A DNA stretch of 64,000 bases from Antedon mediterranea (taxonomy: Eukaryota; Animalia; Echinodermata). The translations under genes and the position numbers were made by a program. A model generated the notes under the pieces. That model was not told the origin of the DNA and made no database searches. It saw only the letters and a program-made list of their open reading frames with translations. Position 1 is the first letter of the stretch. The number at the start of each line of letters is the position of its first letter. The DNA lies in assembly GCF_964355755.1 (NCBI RefSeq), contig NC_092671.1, positions 35,226,304-35,290,303 of the forward strand, read 5' to 3'. Of this stretch, positions 63,401 to 64,000 are shown in pieces.

Positions 63401-64000
63401 TACCTATACAGTTTAGTATGGTTCACATTGAAATGCTTTTTAAAAGTAAAAAAATGTTGATGCAAAATTCAATGAAATTACCTTCATTTTCAAAAGGAGA
63501 GGTATGCTATGTAGTTTCACCAATGACATTTGTTTAAAAATTATTTATTAAGCTCTGTCTACACTATCAATTTTATCAAAATGTGATGTGCCCATATATT
63601 GACATGATGATGTCATATCACTACCATATTTGGGCACATCACACTTTGTTGTCAAACTAGTTTGATAGTGTAGAGAGAGCTTTAGGGTATCATTAGCTTG
63701 ATAAGCAATCAAGTGAAAATGTTCCCTGCTTAGGATAATTAAAAACATTTTAGATATACCTGTAGTTCAAATCTTGTCTTATTTCTTATTTAATCACATT
63801 TTTAATGAGTAATAGTGCAATGAACACAGTACAGAGCATGCTTGAGCAAATAGCTTCTTATAATATTGGCTATTGATTACTTGCCTTCAAACAACAGTGC
63901 AGGTTCTTTGCTGTTTGTCCCAGGCACCTGAAGTGTATCTCTTAGATTCAATAGTACAGATTCAATCAAATCAACCTCAAGCCTTGAGTCAATACCAAAA
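19392..64000 (-). CDS. NELL: NELL1/NELL2-like (neural EGF-like, PKC-binding protein) gene; 16 exons in window, signal-peptide exon beyond the right edge
   Basis: Exons in transcript order: >64000-63885, 61342-61186, 36859-36589, 35047-34892, 32226-32098, 31955-31862, 28500-28415, 27728-27623, 26098-25844, 25234-25115, 23036-22941, 22490-22350, 22035-21848, 21339-21169, 20231-20007, 19436-19392. Phases are consistent, giving about 784 aa to TAA. Domains: FGIDSRLEVDL..QVPG..ALLFE, TSP-N/LamG (WHKVAVSVSGSHVTLYVNC, IWLGQR), QCPELDRNCPTC plus coiled coil, vWC repeats, six EGF repeats (several calcium-binding DIDEC type), C-terminal vWCs ending DGNVCCMYSSACAP*. Colinear with vertebrate NELL as I recall it. 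Confidence 0.93.
20266..20423. mobile_element. Small MITE (second copy at about 47305-47460)
   Basis: AGACAAGCGGTAATGG ... CCATTAGCGCTTGATCT inverted ends; internal AAAAAATATAGAATCTATGTTATT...GACCATTTACA is shared with the copy near 47320. Confidence 0.6.
23322..24010 (-). mobile_element. Rex1/Babar-like LINE 3' fragment with an internal roughly 22-bp tandem repeat
   Basis: Minus frame KAAHKIIKDVDHPLSKYF...GRIHVPITKTNRSRYAFVANAI resembles a Rex1/Babar RT C-terminus; the 3' end is GACAAATAAAG plus (TTCAGTA)n; repeat AAAACAGCTTTAAAAGGATT at 23545-23670. Confidence 0.65.
24780..25105. repeat. G-rich 16-20 bp minisatellite (TGTCTCCAAGGAGGGG)
   Basis: About 19 tandem units ending roughly 10 bp from the NELL donor at 25114; explains the overlapping spurious ORFs. 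Confidence 0.93.
26053..26390. repeat. About 120-bp tandem triplication spanning a NELL intron-exon junction
   Basis: CTTATCATTTGA-CAT-TAGCTGTTGC occurs near 26058, 26178 and 26295; the second unit retains the splice acceptor. Confidence 0.85.
27790..28380. repeat. 30-32 bp minisatellite (CCAGGTACCATGCTACTAGAAGGATTATAC)
   Basis: About 18 units filling most of NELL intron 27729-28414. Confidence 0.93.
30072..30951. mobile_element. Non-autonomous DNA transposon (Kolobok-like) containing a nested degenerate MITE at about 30305-30440
   Basis: TTAA|AGACACCTTCCCTACAA ... TGGTTGGGAAGGTGTCT inverted termini; the right flank is altered by a minisatellite. Confidence 0.6.
30942..31215. repeat. 25-bp purine-rich minisatellite (GTGTCTTCTAGTGAGGGAAGGGGAG), about 11 copies, followed by a poly-G run
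   Basis: Directly visible tandem array. Confidence 0.95.
31600..31745 (-). mobile_element. tRNA-derived SINE head remnant with a triplicated B-box segment
   Basis: Minus strand CATGCTTGCCTTCCAATCCCAAGGTCCAGGGTTCAATCC; GGGTT(C/T)AATCCTGAC repeats three times at about 24-bp spacing. Confidence 0.5.
33655..34190 (+). mobile_element. CR1-clade LINE 3' fragment
   Basis: YTERLKRLNLPTLAFRRLRGDMIQVFK...RHGYTIYKRRPKLDIRKYNFSYRIVNLWNSLP...NAFKNKLDK is a classic CR1 ORF2 C-terminus; the 3' UTR ends in short ACAGGTGA repeats. Confidence 0.9.
35318..35475. mobile_element. Exemplar of a high-copy 100-175 bp MITE family (TIR AGCTCTGTCTACACTATCAAACT; TWA flanks, Harbinger/Tourist-like)
   Basis: Other copies at about 5221-5358, 13905-14034, 14647-15098, 16581-16690, 21693-21789, 23093-23217, 28563-28704, 32548-32708, 33437-33578, 34365-34522, 39264-39400, 40832-40940, 48067-48227, 50298-50470, 50796-50950, 50995-51128, 52081-52223 and 63551-63681. 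Confidence 0.9.
36997..37265. repeat. 24-bp minisatellite (TTGCTCCACCCCTGGTCCCATCAC), about 10 copies
   Basis: Directly visible; gives 8-aa periodic spurious ORFs on both strands. Confidence 0.93.
39699..39877. mobile_element. Harbinger-type MITE, TTA TSD
   Basis: TTA|AGCTTGGTTCCCACTAG ... CTAGTGGGAACCACGCT|TTA; almost fully palindromic body (ACGCAAGGACGTAA / TTACGTCCTTGCGT). Confidence 0.85.
40000..40705. repeat. 23-bp minisatellite (CCTTGCTCCAACTAAGACTCAGY), about 30 copies
   Basis: Directly visible tandem array with unit variants. Confidence 0.95.
41640..41872 (+). mobile_element. RTE-clade LINE 3' fragment
   Basis: RHALTWNPQGKRKRGRPRNTWKR...ELDKEVKDAGYNWTEVKGIVQNRVR*RRVVDGLC (frameshifted), followed by a (TAAG)n tail. 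Confidence 0.85.
42560..43520. repeat. Degenerate GAT/TGA-rich compound repeat
   Basis: Recurring CTGATATTGATTTTTGATCTGAAATTGATTGTGAAGAATGTTGAAGTAACC and GATAACATTGATAA blocks, plus a longer duplication (about 43085-43210 versus 43352-43475). Confidence 0.8.
50960..50996. mobile_element. 23-bp palindromic insertion with 7-bp TSD (P-superfamily-like footprint)
   Basis: GTCAAAC | CAGGGAGTTGT A ACAACTCCCTG | GTCAAAC. Confidence 0.7.
52714..55096. repeat. 65/66-bp satellite, about 36 highly homogeneous units
   Basis: Unit GGGACACTT(TGTG/CCCA)TGGAAATGATCAATATATAACATTAGCCAACCCATAATCTGTACAGTATTAA(A); no unique spacers. Confidence 0.97.
55157..55665. mobile_element. MITE with about 55-bp TIRs and AAT target duplication
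   Basis: AAT|AGAGAGGTTTCGCAACCTTACGAATACGATAACGAAAACAGATAAGTCACGCA ... TGCGTGACGTATCCGTTTTCGTTATCGTATTCGTAAGATTGCGAAACCTCCCT|AAT. Confidence 0.85.
55704..56025. mobile_element. Roughly 320-bp TTAA-flanked dispersed element (Kolobok-like); further copies at about 4365-4692, 22645-22860, 25470-25685, 41588-42100 and 44255-44525
   Basis: Shared core CACTTTGACCAAAAACTGGA...AAAATGGCCTATTCAAA...TTTTTCATGTTTTTGGGGACAATACATCTTTAA; its terminus matches the TIR of the 6344-6811 element. Confidence 0.75.
56625..56830 (+). mobile_element. Degenerate L2-like LINE 3' end
   Basis: FGHRLFSFAAPTLWNSLPLKL followed by an (ATA)n tail. Confidence 0.7.
56887..58221 (-). mobile_element. Non-autonomous Helitron, about 1.3 kb
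   Basis: Minus strand A|TCTATATATAA ... CTAG|T with no TSD; 3' hairpin with a 13-bp perfect stem, CTAGATGGTACGC-N11-GCGTACCATCTAG, at 56887-56923. Confidence 0.7.
59031..59914. mobile_element. hAT-like non-autonomous element
   Basis: CAGTGGCAGATCCAGGGG ... TCCTCAATCCGCCCCTC imperfect TIRs with G/C runs; no clean TSD seen; related ends near 16495 and 35668-35830. Confidence 0.55.

Overview
AT-rich (roughly 30% GC by eye) intron-containing animal genomic DNA, not prokaryotic; the gene and repeat content suggests a marine invertebrate, possibly a deuterostome (inference only). The left quarter holds a tandem cluster of three paraoxonase/arylesterase (PON) genes on the + strand: the last four exons of copy A, then complete nine-exon copies B (362 aa) and C (359 aa). 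A and B are a recent duplicate pair. Converging on the cluster is a NELL1/2-like gene on the - strand (TSP-N/LamG, coiled coil, vWC, six EGF, vWC), with 16 exons traced from the window edge to the stop at 19392; it includes a 24.3-kb intron and a GC-AG intron. The introns contain MITEs, TTAA-flanked DNA elements, a Helitron, LINE 3' fragments (L2, CR1, RTE, Rex1/Babar), SINE remnants and minisatellites. The most notable signals are three consensus NF-kB sites within 80 bp in intron 1 of PON-C, two 23-29 bp palindromes with 7-bp target duplications that resemble P-element excision scars, duplicated NELL splice acceptors (one leading to an in-frame stop), tandem arrays grown from transposon ends, and strong enrichment of TAGGCCTA. 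I see no clear wholly new biological system; the best candidate is an immune-inducible lactonase cluster, which is inference. All exon coordinates were derived by hand.
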